From Eledone cirrhosa (taxonomy: Eukaryota), in contig OZ024752.1 in the NCBI GenBank assembly GCA_964016885.1, positions 35,340,001-35,404,000 of the forward strand: a stretch of DNA of 64,000 nucleotides, written 5' to 3'. Positions within the stretch are counted from its first letter, which is position 1; each line of letters begins with the position of its first letter. Below are positions 1-15,504 of the stretch, piece by piece. The notes under the pieces were generated by a model. The model made no database searches and was not told where the DNA came from. It saw nothing but the letters and a program-made list of their open reading frames with translations. Position numbers and translations under genes: made by a program.

Positions 1-164
1 ACCACAACGCACGTTGCAGTTTTAAAAATGCAAACAAATAACACACACGGGTACTGAGAACGAAACAAATAGAAAAATAAAATAATAACATACCAGGATG
101 TAAAAGCAAGTCGTAGGAACAAATGTACGAATAAGGTCACATGTGAATCATAAACGAATGTCTG

Positions 165-200
<36 letters not shown>

Positions 201-340
201 CTATGTATAAATATTTCGTATCTCCAAAGAAATACAGTTTTAGGAAGCCGTAGCTATGCAAACACCGTGGGGCAGACTCTCTTTGGAGATACGAAATATT
301 TATACATATTGTATAAAGCTATGCTTGAAGCGAAATCCTA

Positions 341-413
<73 letters not shown>

Positions 414-424
414 TACGCACATAC

Positions 425-455
<31 letters not shown>

Positions 456-472
456 CATATACATAAATATAC

Positions 473-511
<39 letters not shown>

Positions 512-648
512 CATATATATACATATATATATATATACATATATATATATACATATACATATATATACATATATATATATATATAAACATATATATACAT
601 ATATATATATATATAAACATATATATACATATATATATATACATATAC

Positions 649-679
<31 letters not shown>

Positions 680-682
680 AAC

Positions 683-849
<167 letters not shown>

Positions 850-863
850 TATACATATATATA

Positions 864-1356
864 TAAATCAGGAAAGAAGGTTGACATGGTTTGCTATACA
901 AAAAAGGTTTAATCACATAGCTTACATTTGTTTCACTGAGCTGGTATGTCTAGAGATCGCTATTCGCTTATTTTCGCGTTACTCGATCGCCAATACAAAA
1001 TTATAACCAGTCAGATCTTCTCGCATGCTCCGAAGATCTGACTGGTTATAATTTTGTATTGGCGATCGAGTAACGCGAAAATAAGCGAATAGCGATCTCT
1101 AGACCTACCAGCTCAGTGAAACAAATGTAAGCTATGTGATTAAACCTTTTTTGTATAGCAAACCATGTCAACCTTCTTTCCTGATTTATTATTACTCCAA
1201 ATGTTTACAACATAGGAATCACGGCATACCCGCAGCATCACTACGAAAACGCCTTGTTGAGTCAAACCAAGCCAAGCATTAATATCATCCACTACCCGGA
1301 ATACCATAACTGGACTTTACCTAAGTGGACTGCATTTAACTATTATTTGTTACCCC

Positions 1357-1359
<3 letters not shown>
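864..1359. mobile_element. Short inverted (tail-outward) non-coding retro-insertion in (TA)n; about 157-bp arms at 864-1020 and 1032-1188, right arm extended
   Basis: Near-perfect reverse-complement arms with an 11-nt spacer, flanked by (TA)n. The right arm carries a hammerhead motif and continues past the left-arm junction into an ACTCCA-containing tail. Confidence 0.75.
1024..1136 (+). ncRNA. Type I hammerhead ribozyme variant (CCGAAGA core, long helix II insertion)
   Basis: catgct-CCGAAGA-[tctgactggt...accagctcagt]-GAAA-caaatg-TA-agctatg. Helices I and II pair; GUA cleavage triplet. Confidence 0.6.
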
Positions 1360-1451
<92 letters not shown>

Positions 1452-1462
1452 CATATATATAC

Positions 1463-1518
<56 letters not shown>

Positions 1519-1519
1519 T

Positions 1520-1835
1520 TCTTTTATTTGCCACTAGGGCATCAAAAGTGGGACAAGTACAAAGGGGGGAGTTTACACAAAAAGGCGTCCTCAATAAGGA
1601 GGAGGCAATAACAAAATATAAAAATAAAATAAGATATAACAAAAAATAAAATTTTTAACAAAATCCTCAATAGAGAGGAGGCGCCTTGGGGGGTCGCACA
1701 CACCCCCGAAAAAAGTGTGCAACCCTTCTCCTCAGGAGCACAGAGAAGGGGTGCTCCCTTGGTCTTTCATCTTCCTCACCTATAGTCTGATGTAGAGTGA
1801 AGGCCCATTCACACGGGCCATTCTCGCCACAAAGT
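1520..1835 (-). mobile_element. Probable 3' end of a non-LTR retrotransposon (L1/Tx1-like), 5'-truncated
   Basis: On the minus strand a short frame ends FVARMARVNGPSLYIRL*, followed by a UTR-like stretch, AATAAA and a (TA)n junction. The family call is tentative. Confidence 0.35.
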
Positions 1836-2002
1836 TGGAATTCCTTTTATTAATATAATCTTCTATACACAATCATACACACTCTTGTATATTTATCTAT
1901 CTATCTATATATATATATATATATAGATAGATAGATAAATATACAAGAGTGTGTATGATTGTGTATAGAAGATTATATTAATAAAAGGAATTCCAACTTT
2001 GT
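1829..2002. repeat. Perfect palindrome of about 174 bp centred on a (TA)n tract
   Basis: acaaagttggaattcc...tatctatc(ta)n gatagata...ggaattccaactttgt; the arms are exact reverse complements. Confidence 0.9.
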
Positions 2003-2091
2003 CTGATTTACTCGTTTTATTTACAATCCTTTAAAATTTATAACGGGTTTAGAATGAAATAGTATGATAGAATATTAAATGTTAATTGTTA

Positions 2092-2136
2092 ATTGAACAA
2101 GTACTTTCATGCTTTCGCAATCTTCAGGTTCATAAT
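2092..2136 (-). ncRNA. Minimal type I hammerhead ribozyme
   Basis: Minus strand tgaac-CTGAAGA-ttgcgaaagcat-GAAA-gtac-TT-gttca, with palindromic helix III (AGTACT). Confidence 0.7.
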
Positions 2137-2316
2137 ATGTGGTGACAGTCAAGTTTGCAATTTTCAACTGTTGAAAATTGCAAACTTGATATATATATTT
2201 ATATAAGATTACCCCGGGTTCAATCGGGGATAACCACAGTAAGTAAGGTACTCAATACATAGCAGAGTATAAATATTTAATATAGAAAAGCTTCTGATGA
2301 TTTCTCACGAAATATG

Positions 2317-2417
<101 letters not shown>

Positions 2418-2422
2418 CTATA

Positions 2423-2470
<48 letters not shown>

Positions 2471-2473
<3 letters not shown>

Positions 2474-2523
2474 ATTCCTGATGATTTCTAATGAATGAAA
2501 CAGTTCTAGTCCTGTAGAATCTC
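2471..2523 (+). ncRNA. Type I hammerhead ribozyme (family also at 2211-2312, 44704-44828, 59593-59719)
   Basis: gattc-CTGATGA-tttctaatgaat-GAAA-cag-ttctagtc-ctg-TA-gaatc. Full core, helices I and III pair, GUA triplet. Confidence 0.8.
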
Positions 2524-2590
<67 letters not shown>

Positions 2591-2661
2591 CATATATATA
2601 TATACATAAGCTCATTGTGTATATATATCATACATATATATATATATATACATAAGCTCAT

Positions 2662-2707
<46 letters not shown>

Positions 2708-2856
2708 AGCTCATTATGTATATATATATATATATACATATACATATACATATATCATACATACATATATATATATATATATATACATAAGCTCATTGTG
2801 TATGTATATATACATATATCATACATATATATATATATATATATACATAACCTCAT

Positions 2857-2893
<37 letters not shown>

Positions 2894-2976
2894 TACATAT
2901 ATATATATATATACACGCATGAACACACACACTCACCCACACATATATATATTTTTTGTTTTTCATATATATAATT

Positions 2977-3120
2977 AATTGTTTCTATTTTTAGGCACAA
3001 GGCCAGCAAATTACCCAGTACATTACTGGTACTTTATTTTATCGTCCCCGTAAGGATGAAAGGCAAAGTTAACCTCGGCGGGATTTGAACTCAGATCATA
3101 AAGGGACGTAACTCTATGCT
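2977..3120 (-). mobile_element. tRNA-derived SINE family A, 5'-truncated
   Basis: B-box GAGTTCAAATCC, central gcctttcatcctt..gataaa (Nin-like) segment and tail ggccttgtgcc..tagaaacaatt; many copies in the window. Confidence 0.85.
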
Positions 3121-3261
3121 TCAATTGTACAAATGTATCAATATGTTTGTGTTTTCTCAAAGGTAGAAGTATTTATAGTAGCGTATGTATATATAAAAAA
3201 TAATGTATGGGTGTGGCTGAGTAATATATATATATATAAAGTGTGTGAGCGTGTATATATG

Positions 3262-3293
<32 letters not shown>

Positions 3294-4161
3294 GTTTGTG
3301 TGTGAGCGCCCACTCTCTCTCTCTTTTATATATATATCTTATTTTGTTTGACTCGTTTAGCTTGTTCGCTTTTTTGGCTTAGGTGGTTAATGGCTTCTGA
3401 ACCATCGTCTCAGTTTGTTTGACCTGTTTAACTTATGTTTATAGCTCAGGTGTCTTCATATCCATAGAGCGCTTGTCAACACAATTCGGAAGTTGCGTTT
3501 TGCTAATTTCTAACCGCCGAAATGCGATTCTCGCTAACTTTATATTTATATATATACATATATATATATATATAAATCGTATTAATATTGACAAGATATA
3601 TCGTATATATCATATTAAAGTTTTGTCGTTTGAGAAAGAAGTGTTGGAAAAGAAGCTAAAGAACCTATAAAGAAAACATTTTAAAAAGCTGGCATAAACA
3701 TATTGATTGACAGCTTTCGAATATTTAAGATGTACTTTGAAAACTAAATTTCAGCAAGACCAAAGCTTTAAATTGAATTTTTTTTCAAGAATTTCTGCAG
3801 TCGATTTAAGTAAATTGTAGCAAATTAATTATTAAATACATGTGGTATGTAGTTTATTGCGTTGTTCGCGGTCCTAAGCATAGATCTAATTAAATAAGAT
3901 ATATATCTTCTAAAACAGAACGTAGAAATGAATTTTTTATTGTTACAGTCTTTAATTGGTAAAAAGAAAATACACGTAGAAGCATCAATTCTAATCGTTA
4001 TCAAATTTTAAAATATTACTTTCGAAAAGATATTTCACCCTTTGATTACTATATCTCTAATGAAAGACACTGTATATTATTTTCAAATAATTTAGAAAAA
4101 AACTGAAGAATTTGATGCGATTCATTAAGCTGGTGTTTGGAGAATAAGTTACATAAATTAT

Positions 4162-4460
4162 AATTGTTTCTACTTTTGGCACAAGGCCAGCAATTACTCC
4201 AGTGCATTACTGGTGCTTTATTTAATCGACCCCGTAAGGATGAAAGGCAAAGTTTACCCTCAGCGGGATTTGAACTCAGACCATAAAGGGGCGTAACTCT
4301 ATGCTGAAAAGCATTGCGTCCGACCTTCTACCGATACTGCCAATCCCCACATAAATTATAATAATTTCTTATATAGGCACAAGGCCAGCAATTTTTTGGG
4401 GAAAGGAAAGTCGATTAAATCGACCCCAGTGTGTGACTGGTACCGATACTGCCAATCCTC
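4162..4460 (-). mobile_element. Two adjacent SINE family A copies (4162-4348, 4363-4460)
   Basis: Same SINE motifs; flanked and separated by repeats of acataaattata (target-site duplication). Confidence 0.85.
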
Positions 4461-5280
4461 ACATAAATTATCATGAAAGTTTTTTAGATTAATATTAACA
4501 TTTTAAAACAAACAACTTTATATGGGAAAAGAAAATTATTTTACTCCACAATTATGCATACAAATAAACATAATTTGTATATAGAAAAAATGTGGGATAA
4601 GGCAAGCATATCCTCCAATCACACGTCGCAAAAAGAGGCCCTGGAGTTTCTTCGTAATAATTTTGGAGGTAAACCAATTCATTTGCAACATTATCACGGG
4701 TGATAGAAAGGTTAAGGCGTTGGAGTGTCTAAGGTCACTCGTGGGCATCAAGTGATACTTCTTTATCAGCGGCTCACCCCTCTCAAATGTCTCGAACACC
4801 ACAGTTTCGAAAACATCGTTTGTCGATCATTCAAGGTATTTTAGAATTTTATTCCGTTCGGCTCGGGATGCAGTGCCGCAGAATATAGGAAGGACGAAAA
4901 GGGCCGCTACCTATGACATCTAAAATAAGACATCTCCCTTATACATAGGAGCAAAGAGTAAAACTATCTGGTCTCTTCTCGTCAACTCAATCCAGTAGGT
5001 TCCAGAATCGAGGCGATATTGGTTCGAGCTAGCTAGATAATTAGGTTTTTATGTCGGTATGACTAGCGAACCGACCTGCGTTCAGACGACAACACAATTT
5101 ATGAAGATCTGTGGAATTCAGGGGCCTGTTCGCAACGACATTTAAATCTTCCGCGGGCACCGACTCCGACTCTGAGCACATTGAAGATGTGGAACTCATT
5201 CTGACTGAGCAAACCCCCAAAGTTGGCTACGGGCAAAGTATCTACCCGGATTTATAGTCTGGTCTTCCCGGTCTTTACAT

Positions 5281-7587
5281 AACACACACTCCAAACAAAA
5301 TACACACAACACACACTCCAAACAAAATACACACAACACACACTCCAAGCAAAATACACACAACAGACACTCCAAACAAAATACACACAACACACACTCC
5401 AAACAAAATACACACAACAGACACTCCAAACAAAATACACACAACACACACTCAAAACAAAATACACACAACAGACACTCCAAACAAAACAGACACAACA
5501 CACACTCCAAACAAAATACACACAACAGACACTCCAAACAAAATACACACAACACACACTCCAAACAAAATACACACAACAGACACTCCAAACAAAATAC
5601 ACACAACACACACTCCAAACAAAATACACACAACAGACACTCCAAACAAAATACACACAACACACACTCCAAACAAAATACACACAACAGACACTCCAAA
5701 CAAAATACACACAACAGACACTCCAAACAAAATACACACAACAGACACTACAAACAAAACAGACACAACACACACTCCAAACAAAATACACACAACAGAC
5801 ACTCCAAACAAAATACACACAACACACACTCCAAACAAAATACACACAACACACACTCCAAACAAAATACACACAACAATCACTCCAAACAAAATACACA
5901 CAACACACACTCCAAACAAAATACACACAACAGACACTCCAAACAAAATACACACAACACACACTCCAAACAAAATACACACAACACACACTCCAAAGAA
6001 AATACACACAACACACACTCCAAACAAAATACACACAACACACACTCCAAAGAAAATACACACAACACACACTCCAAACAAAATACACACAACACACACT
6101 CTAAACAAAATACACACAACAGACACTCCAAACAAAATACACACAACACACACTCTAAACAAAATACACACAACAGACACTCCAAACAAAATACACACAA
6201 CACACACTCCAAACAAAATACACACAACAGACACTCCAAACAAAATACACACAACACACACTCCAAACAAAATACACACAACACACACTCCAAACAAAAT
6301 ACACACAACAGACACTCCAAACAAAATACACACAACACACACTCCAAACAAAATACACACAACACACACTCCAAGCAAAATACACACAACAGTCACTCCA
6401 AACAAAATACACACAACAGACACTCCAAACAAAATACACACAGCACACACTCCAAACAAAATACACACAACAGACACTCCAAACAAAATACACACAACAC
6501 ACACACCAAACAAAATACACAAAACAGACACTCCAAACAAAATACACACAACACACACTCCAAGCAAAATACACACAACACACACTCCAAACAAAATACA
6601 CACAACACACACTCAAAACAAAATACACACAATACACACTCAAAACAAAATAAACACAACACACACTCCAAACAAAATACACACAACACACACTCCAAAC
6701 AAAATACACACAACACACACTCCAAGCAAAATACACACAACACACACTCCAAACAAAATACACACAACACACACTCAAAACAAAATACACACAACACACA
6801 CTCAAAACAAAATAAACACAACACACACTCCAAACAAAATACACACAACACACACTCCAAACAAAATACACACAACACACACTCCAAGCAAAATACACAC
6901 AACACACACTCCAAACAAAATACACACAACACACACTCAAAACAAAATACACACAACACACACTCAAAACAAAATAAACACAACACACACTCCAAACAAA
7001 ATAAACACAACACACACTCCAAACAAAATACACACAACACACACTCAAAACAAAATACACACAACACACACTCAAAACAAAATAAACACAACACACACTC
7101 AAAACAAAATAAACACAACACACACTCCAAACAAAATACACACAACACACACTCCAAACAAAATACACACAACAGACACTCCAAACAAAATACACACAAC
7201 ACACACTCCAAACAAAATACACAAAACAGACACTCCAAACAAAATACACACAACACACTCCAAACAAAATACACACAACACACACTCCAAGCAAAATACA
7301 AACAACACACACTCCAAACAAAATACACACAACACACACTCAAAACAAAATACACACAACACACACTCAAAACAAAATAAACACAACACACACTCCAAAC
7401 AAAATACACACAACAGACACTCCAAACAAATTACACACAACAGACACGCCAAACAAAATACACACAACACACACTCCAAACAAAATACACACAACACACA
7501 CACTCCAAACAAAATACACACAACGGACACTCCAAACAAAATACACACAACACACACTCCAAACAAAATACACACAACACACACTCA
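5281..7587. repeat. 27-bp minisatellite, about 85 copies (AACACACACTCCAAACAAAATACACAC)
   Basis: Direct tandem periodicity; accounts for the 9-aa-repeat ORFs. Confidence 0.95.
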
Positions 7588-7889
7588 CCCGTCCTACACA
7601 AATATATATACATACACATATATGTAAAGATTGTATGAAAAAGAAAAGACTAAATGGTTATATAACAGCTGTATTTTTAGATTATTAGTCTTTCTCAGGT
7701 CAGCGGCCAGTCGGGTATTGCACAAATGTCCGTATGGTCAGTCCGCCTGGGGCTAAATAAGAATTACGTGATCGCAGTCAGTAAATACATGATTCAATAA
7801 AGCATGGTGATGTTTAATAGATTACTTATTGTAAATCTGACAATATATATAAATTATCGTAATCGCCTAATCAGCTTACACCTAATTGA

Positions 7890-9483
<1,594 letters not shown>

Positions 9484-9560
9484 TACATATATAATATATA
9501 TATAATGGTCGCTTATAATAGGGTACGTCAAAATTATTTATAAAACTGTTTATATATTGT

Positions 9561-9624
9561 ATTTTATCTGAAGAAGGCATGCCATATTTTTAATATGGTA
9601 TCCCTGAAATATGTATAATGAAAT
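9561..9624 (+). ncRNA. Minimal type I hammerhead ribozyme
   Basis: attttat-CTGAAGA-aggcatgccata..tatggtatccct-GAAA-tatgta-TA-atgaaat; a second copy lies at 37739-37802. Confidence 0.75.
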
Positions 9625-9728
9625 AAATATGGTTTTATAAATATAGTTTCCATTTGTTTAATATCGTATGTATATATATATATTATATATATATATATGT
9701 GTGTATATGTATATGTATATGTATATAT

Positions 9729-9762
<34 letters not shown>

Positions 9763-10025
9763 ATAATATATATATATATAATATATATATAATATACATA
9801 TAATATATATATACATATAATATATATATACATATAATATATATATATAATATGAAAACATGGCGTGCTGCGTGGTTGCAAATGGGTTATATATGAATAA
9901 AATTAGTCCTTCATCAGTGATCTTCCAGCCTTCATTGGTATTTCATCGCGTTAAAGACCATAAGAAAGTCGTTGGGATATATTATATATATATATAAAAT
10001 ATATATATATATATATAATATATAT

Positions 10026-10056
<31 letters not shown>

Positions 10057-10117
10057 TATATATGTATATATATATTATATATGTATATATATAATATATA
10101 ATATATATAGTATATAT

Positions 10118-10159
<42 letters not shown>

Positions 10160-10339
10160 GGGGGTGGATTGGCAGTATCGGTAGAGGTTCGGACGCCATG
10201 CTTTCCAGCATAGTTACGTCCCTTTACGATATGAGTTCAAATCCCGCCGAGGTTGACTTTACCTTTCATCCTTACGTGGTCGATAAAATAAAGTACCAGT
10301 AATGCACTGGGTAATTGCTGGCCTTGTGCCTAAAGTAGA

Positions 10340-10345
<6 letters not shown>
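10160..10345 (+). mobile_element. SINE family A, near full length
   Basis: A-box-like tggcagtatcgg, B-box gagttcaaatcc, central domain and 3' tail. Confidence 0.9.
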
Positions 10346-10382
<37 letters not shown>

Positions 10383-10503
10383 TATTATATATATATATAT
10401 TATATATATATATATTATATATATATATATTATATATATATTATATATATATATACATTACATATATATATATATTATATATATATATTATATATATATT
10501 ATA

Positions 10504-10537
<34 letters not shown>

Positions 10538-10539
<2 letters not shown>

Positions 10540-10748
10540 AGGAGGTGAGTTTTATTGTAGTACAATAAAGCATGTTGATATGTTGATTTAAAACTGCACT
10601 ATCCACAAATGTTTTTTAGCCTTCATATCATGTCCTCCTGTTTTATCTGATGAAAACACAAATATTATTGCATGATGATGTTTGTTTTTGAAATGCGCAT
10701 AATAAAATACATGGAACTCCTTTAACCATCTTTTGATCTTATATATTA
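10538..10748 (+). mobile_element. Short 3'-end derivative of Penelope-like family A with an inverted tail fragment
   Basis: Matches the 3' UTR end of the elements at 31060-33314 and 38101-40053; inserted in (TA)n. Confidence 0.8.
10641..10707 (+). ncRNA. Minimal type I hammerhead ribozyme (PLE family A)
   Basis: ttttat-CTGATGA-aaacacaaata..tgtttgttttt-GAAA-tgcgca-TA-ataaaa; palindromic helix III ATGCGCAT. Confidence 0.85.
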
Positions 10749-10813
10749 TATATTATATATATATATATTATATATATATATATTATATATATATATATTA
10801 TATATATATATAT

Positions 10814-10845
<32 letters not shown>

Positions 10846-11342
10846 ATATTATATATATATTGTCACTTACCCGTGTTATATACATTAAACTCTATTACGT
10901 ATTCAAATCTTATTTATGTATGGAAATAAGATTGGTTAGGAGTGTAACATTTTCTACTTGAATTAACGTGACTTGCCTCTTAATACTTACATTTCGGTTT
11001 TAAAACCTATTTAGTATCTTTTGGGATTGATTGATGAAATATTAACAAACTAAACTGATTACAGCTTTAACAGGACTTGCTCGACCTTATGCATTTGATT
11101 GGATTCTTAAGCTCAACAGACGGTATCGAAGTGATATATATATATATGTGTGTGTATATGTATATATATATGTATATATATATATATGTGTGTATATGTA
11201 TATATATATGTATATATATATATATGTGTATATGTATATATATATATATATGTATAAATATATATGTGTATATGTATATATATATGTACATATATATATG
11301 TGTATATTTATATATATATGTATATATATATATGTGTATATT

Positions 11343-11373
<31 letters not shown>

Positions 11374-12060
11374 GTGTATATTTATATATGTATATATATA
11401 TATGTGTATATTTATATATATATATGTATATATATATATGTGTATATGTGTATATATATATATGTATATATATGTATGTGTATATATATGTATATGTATA
11501 TATATGTATATATATACATATGTATATGTATATATATATGTGCATATATATATATGTATATGTGCATATATATATATGTATATGTATATATATGTATATA
11601 TATACATGTGTATATGTATATATATGTATATGTATATATATACATGTGTATATCTATATATATGTATATCTATCTATATATATATATGTGTATATGTATG
11701 TATATGTTTACATAAGTATATGTATATGTATATATATGTATATGTTTTCATATGTATATGTTTACATGTGTATATGTATATATATGTATATATATATATG
11801 TGTATATGTATATATATGTATATATATATATATATATGTGTATATGCATATGTATATGTTTATATATATATATATATGTGTATATATATGTATACGTATA
11901 TATATGTATATATATATATATGTATATATATATAACGAAGGTGTTGTGGTAAGGAACTTGATACACCATAACGCAACAGAGTACTCAATACTTAGGGTAG
12001 TAGAGTGGGTAATAGGAAAATGTATATATATGTGTGTATATGTATATGTATATATATATA

Positions 12061-12183
12061 TTGTTTTACTTGGGGAGGGTCATATTTGTGTAATAATATT
12101 GCCAGAATTAATAACAGAACACACTCACTGTTTGGTTGGTTTTCGATTCTCTGTCTTTTATATCGGTTAATTTAATTTACAAA

Positions 12184-12218
<35 letters not shown>

Positions 12219-12570
12219 ACAGACTAAATAAAGATGGCGTAAGCATACAATGCAACGGGAGGAAACATAATAGCACCACTGACGATGTTGCAGATGTGCA
12301 ACGAAACAACTTTGTTAGACTATATATATGTGTTTGTGTCTATATTGTATCTGTATTTTTTTTTTACCGTTGGTCAGTCAATGGTAACATTGAAGACCGA
12401 ATAAATTAAATTAACCGATATAAAAGACACAGAAGCGAAAACCAACCAAACAATGAGTGTGTTCTGTTATTAATTCTGGCAATATTATTAGACAATTATG
12501 ACCCTCCCCAAGTATAACAATATTTGTTTCGACACACGATTTCATATCAAAAACCTTGCAAAACTAATAT
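12061..12570. mobile_element. Inverted 3'-end derivative of the Penelope-like element at 40870-43008
   Basis: 12061-12180 is the reverse complement of about 12403-12521. The right arm matches 42620-43000 and has a degenerate CTGACGA..GAAA core at 12279-12306. Confidence 0.8.
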
Positions 12571-12840
12571 ATATATATGTATATGTATATATATATATGT
12601 ATATGTATATGTATACATGCATATATGCATATGTATATATATATGTTGGATATATATATATATAGATATAAATTGAATATATATATATATACATATAAAT
12701 TGAATATATATATATGTATAAATTGGATATATATATATACATATAAATTGAATATATATATATGTATAAATTGAATATATATATATGTATAAATTGGATA
12801 TATATATATATCCATATAAATTGAATATATATATACATAT

Positions 12841-12951
<111 letters not shown>

Positions 12952-13140
12952 AGAGAGAGAGAGCAAACACCACGAGCGCTCTATCTCAAAATTATTTTTG
13001 ATAAGCATTAGAAATGCGCAACCGGGAAAAACTTAAAACCAAAACTGAATACTAACCAATACTTATTACTAATTTTTACTTATTCTTAATTAAACTATTT
13101 TTCACTGGGAACAATTTGTCAGCATTTTCTTTTCTTTTTA

Positions 13141-13231
<91 letters not shown>

Positions 13232-13247
13232 AAATTGAATATATATA

Positions 13248-13445
13248 TATCAAGTAAGTATGTTTTGAAACAGTGAGCGAGTTTGAAATTAGAAAATATA
13301 TAGCTTTCATCCTATTTTTGACTAAAGGAATTTTAGCTTGATAACGTCAATACTCATCTTCTTCCATTTATCTGAGGTTCTAAACCCCGTTATCAAGCTA
13401 AAATTCCTTTAGTCAAAAATACGGTGAAAGCTATATATTTTTTAA
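13248..13445. mobile_element. Short inverted insertion in (TA)n, arms about 55 bp (13292-13346 and 13388-13441)
   Basis: Reverse-complement arms; the left arm extends into an ACTC-containing tail. Confidence 0.6.
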
Positions 13446-13974
13446 TATATATATATGTATAAATTGAATATATATGTATAAATTGAATATATATATATAT
13501 ATATTTCAAAAGAATGGTGCAATTTGAAAATGATGTAAATGAGAAGAAACTTCTGGTTGTACCTCATTACTTTTACACCAAGGCAACTGTGGTACACATT
13601 ACTGTCGGAAACTCCTGTCTCACCTCCTCCACTACATGCCATTCTGCATTTAGCACCGCCTATACACCAATTTATTTACAGTTTGCAGTTGATCCTCCTT
13701 GTTTTCATATCAAAGAAGGGTTGGGCAAATGTTTGAGATGTTGAGGTGGGGCCTGGTTTACAAAAGGTTGGGAACCACTGCGGTAGATTGTAGAATTAAA
13801 TACATCAGCACTTGCTCCGGTTCTCTTTGTTCTGAGTTCAAATCTCGCCCAGTTCAACTTTACCTTTTTATTATTTCGGCGTCGATAAATAAAGTATCAT
13901 TCCAGGGATGGTGGGTTGACGGGATTGTTAAAGATTCGTACGGGATGTTTTGCGGTATCTGACACGGCTCAGTG

Positions 13975-15455
13975 AATTCTGAGTTCAAATCCTGCCTCTT
14001 TCTGCTCAAGGACCTGAGATCGGTAGATAGTATTAGCAATAGAATAGCAAAGGAATCATTATGAAATCTGAGTTCAAATCCTGCCTCTTTCTGCCAGGAC
14101 TTGAGACCGGTAGATAGTATTAGCAATAGAATAGCAAAGGAAACATGAAATCTGAGTTCAAATCCTGCCTCTTTCTGCCAGGACTTGAGACTGGTAGATA
14201 GTATTAGCAATAGAATAGCAAAGGAATCATTATGAAATCTGAGTTCAATTCCTGCCTCTTTCTGCCAGGACTTGAGTCTGGTAGATAGTATTAGCAATAG
14301 AATAGCAAAGGAAACATTATGAAATCTGAGTTCAAATCCTGCCTCTTTCTGCCAGGACTTGAGTCTGGTAGATAGTATTAGCAATAGAATAGCAAAGGAA
14401 ACATGAAATCTGAGTTCAAATCCTGCCTCTTTCTGCCAGGACTTGACACTGGTAGATAGTATTAGCAATAGAATAGCAAAGGAATCATTATGAAATCTGA
14501 GTTCAAATCCTGCCTCTTTCTGCCAGGGCTTGAGACTGGTAGATAGTATTAGCAATAGAATAGCAAAGGAAACATTATGAAATCTGAGTTCAAATCCTGC
14601 CTCTTTCTGCCAGGACTTGAGACTGGTAGATAGTATTAGCAATAGAATAGCAAAGGAAACATTATGAAATCTGAGTTCAAATCCTGCCTCTTTCTGCCAG
14701 GACTTGAGACTGGTAGATAGTATTAGCAATAGAATAGCAAAGGAAACATTATGAAATCTGAGTTCAAATCCTGCCTCTTTCTGCCAGGACTTGAGACTGG
14801 TAGATAGTATTAGCAATAGAATAGCAAAGGAAACATTATGAAATCTGAGTTCAAATCCTGCCTCTTTCTGCCAGGACTTGAGACTGGTAGATAGTATTAG
14901 CAATAGAATAGCAAAGGAAACATTATGAAATCTGAGTTCAAATCCTGCCTCTTTCTGCCAGGACTTGAGTCTGGTAGATAGTATTAGCAATAGAATAGCA
15001 AAGGAATCATTATGAAATCTGAGTTCAAATCCTGCCTCTTTCTGCCAGGACTTGAGTCTGGTAGATAGTATTAGCAATAGAATAGCAAAGGAATCATTAT
15101 GAAATCTGAGTTCAAATCCTGCCTCTTTCTGCCAGGACTTGAGTCTGGTAGATAGTATTAGCAATAGAATAGCAAAGGAATCATTATGAAATCTGAGTTC
15201 AAATCCTGCCTCTTTCTGCCAGGACTTGAGTCTGGTAGATAGTATTAGCAATAGAATAGCAAAGGAATCATTATGAAATCTGAGTTCAAATCCTGCCTCT
15301 TTCTGCCAGGACTTGAGTCTGGTAGATAGTATTAGCAATAGAATAGCAAAGGAAACATGAAATCTGAGTTCAAATCCTGCCTCTTTCTGCCAGGACTTGA
15401 GACTGGTAGATAGTATTAGCAATAGAATAGCAAAGGAATCAGTATGAAATCTGAG
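13975..15455 (+). repeat. 87/84-bp tandem satellite, about 17 units, each with a Pol III B-box (GAGTTCAAATCC); SINE-derived
   Basis: Exact periodicity. The unit joins a SINE-A head fragment to a segment matching dispersed copies at about 33615, 49880, 50184 (minus) and 62056. Confidence 0.9.
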
Positions 15456-15504
15456 TCGCGAAACAAAGCGTTAAAACGACTGTTGTTCTATGTGTATGAA
15501 TAGG

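Noticed and set aside
202-308. 29-bp inverted repeat as a hammerhead
   Set aside because: The inverted repeat is real but I could not find a complete CUGANGA core.
4560-5280. GC-richer segment as a coding or transposon remnant
   Set aside because: No recognisable motif in the frames I read; left unclassified.
13860-15422. 520-aa repeat protein gene
   Set aside because: Antisense reading of a SINE-derived satellite whose unit lengths are multiples of three; no splice or homology support.
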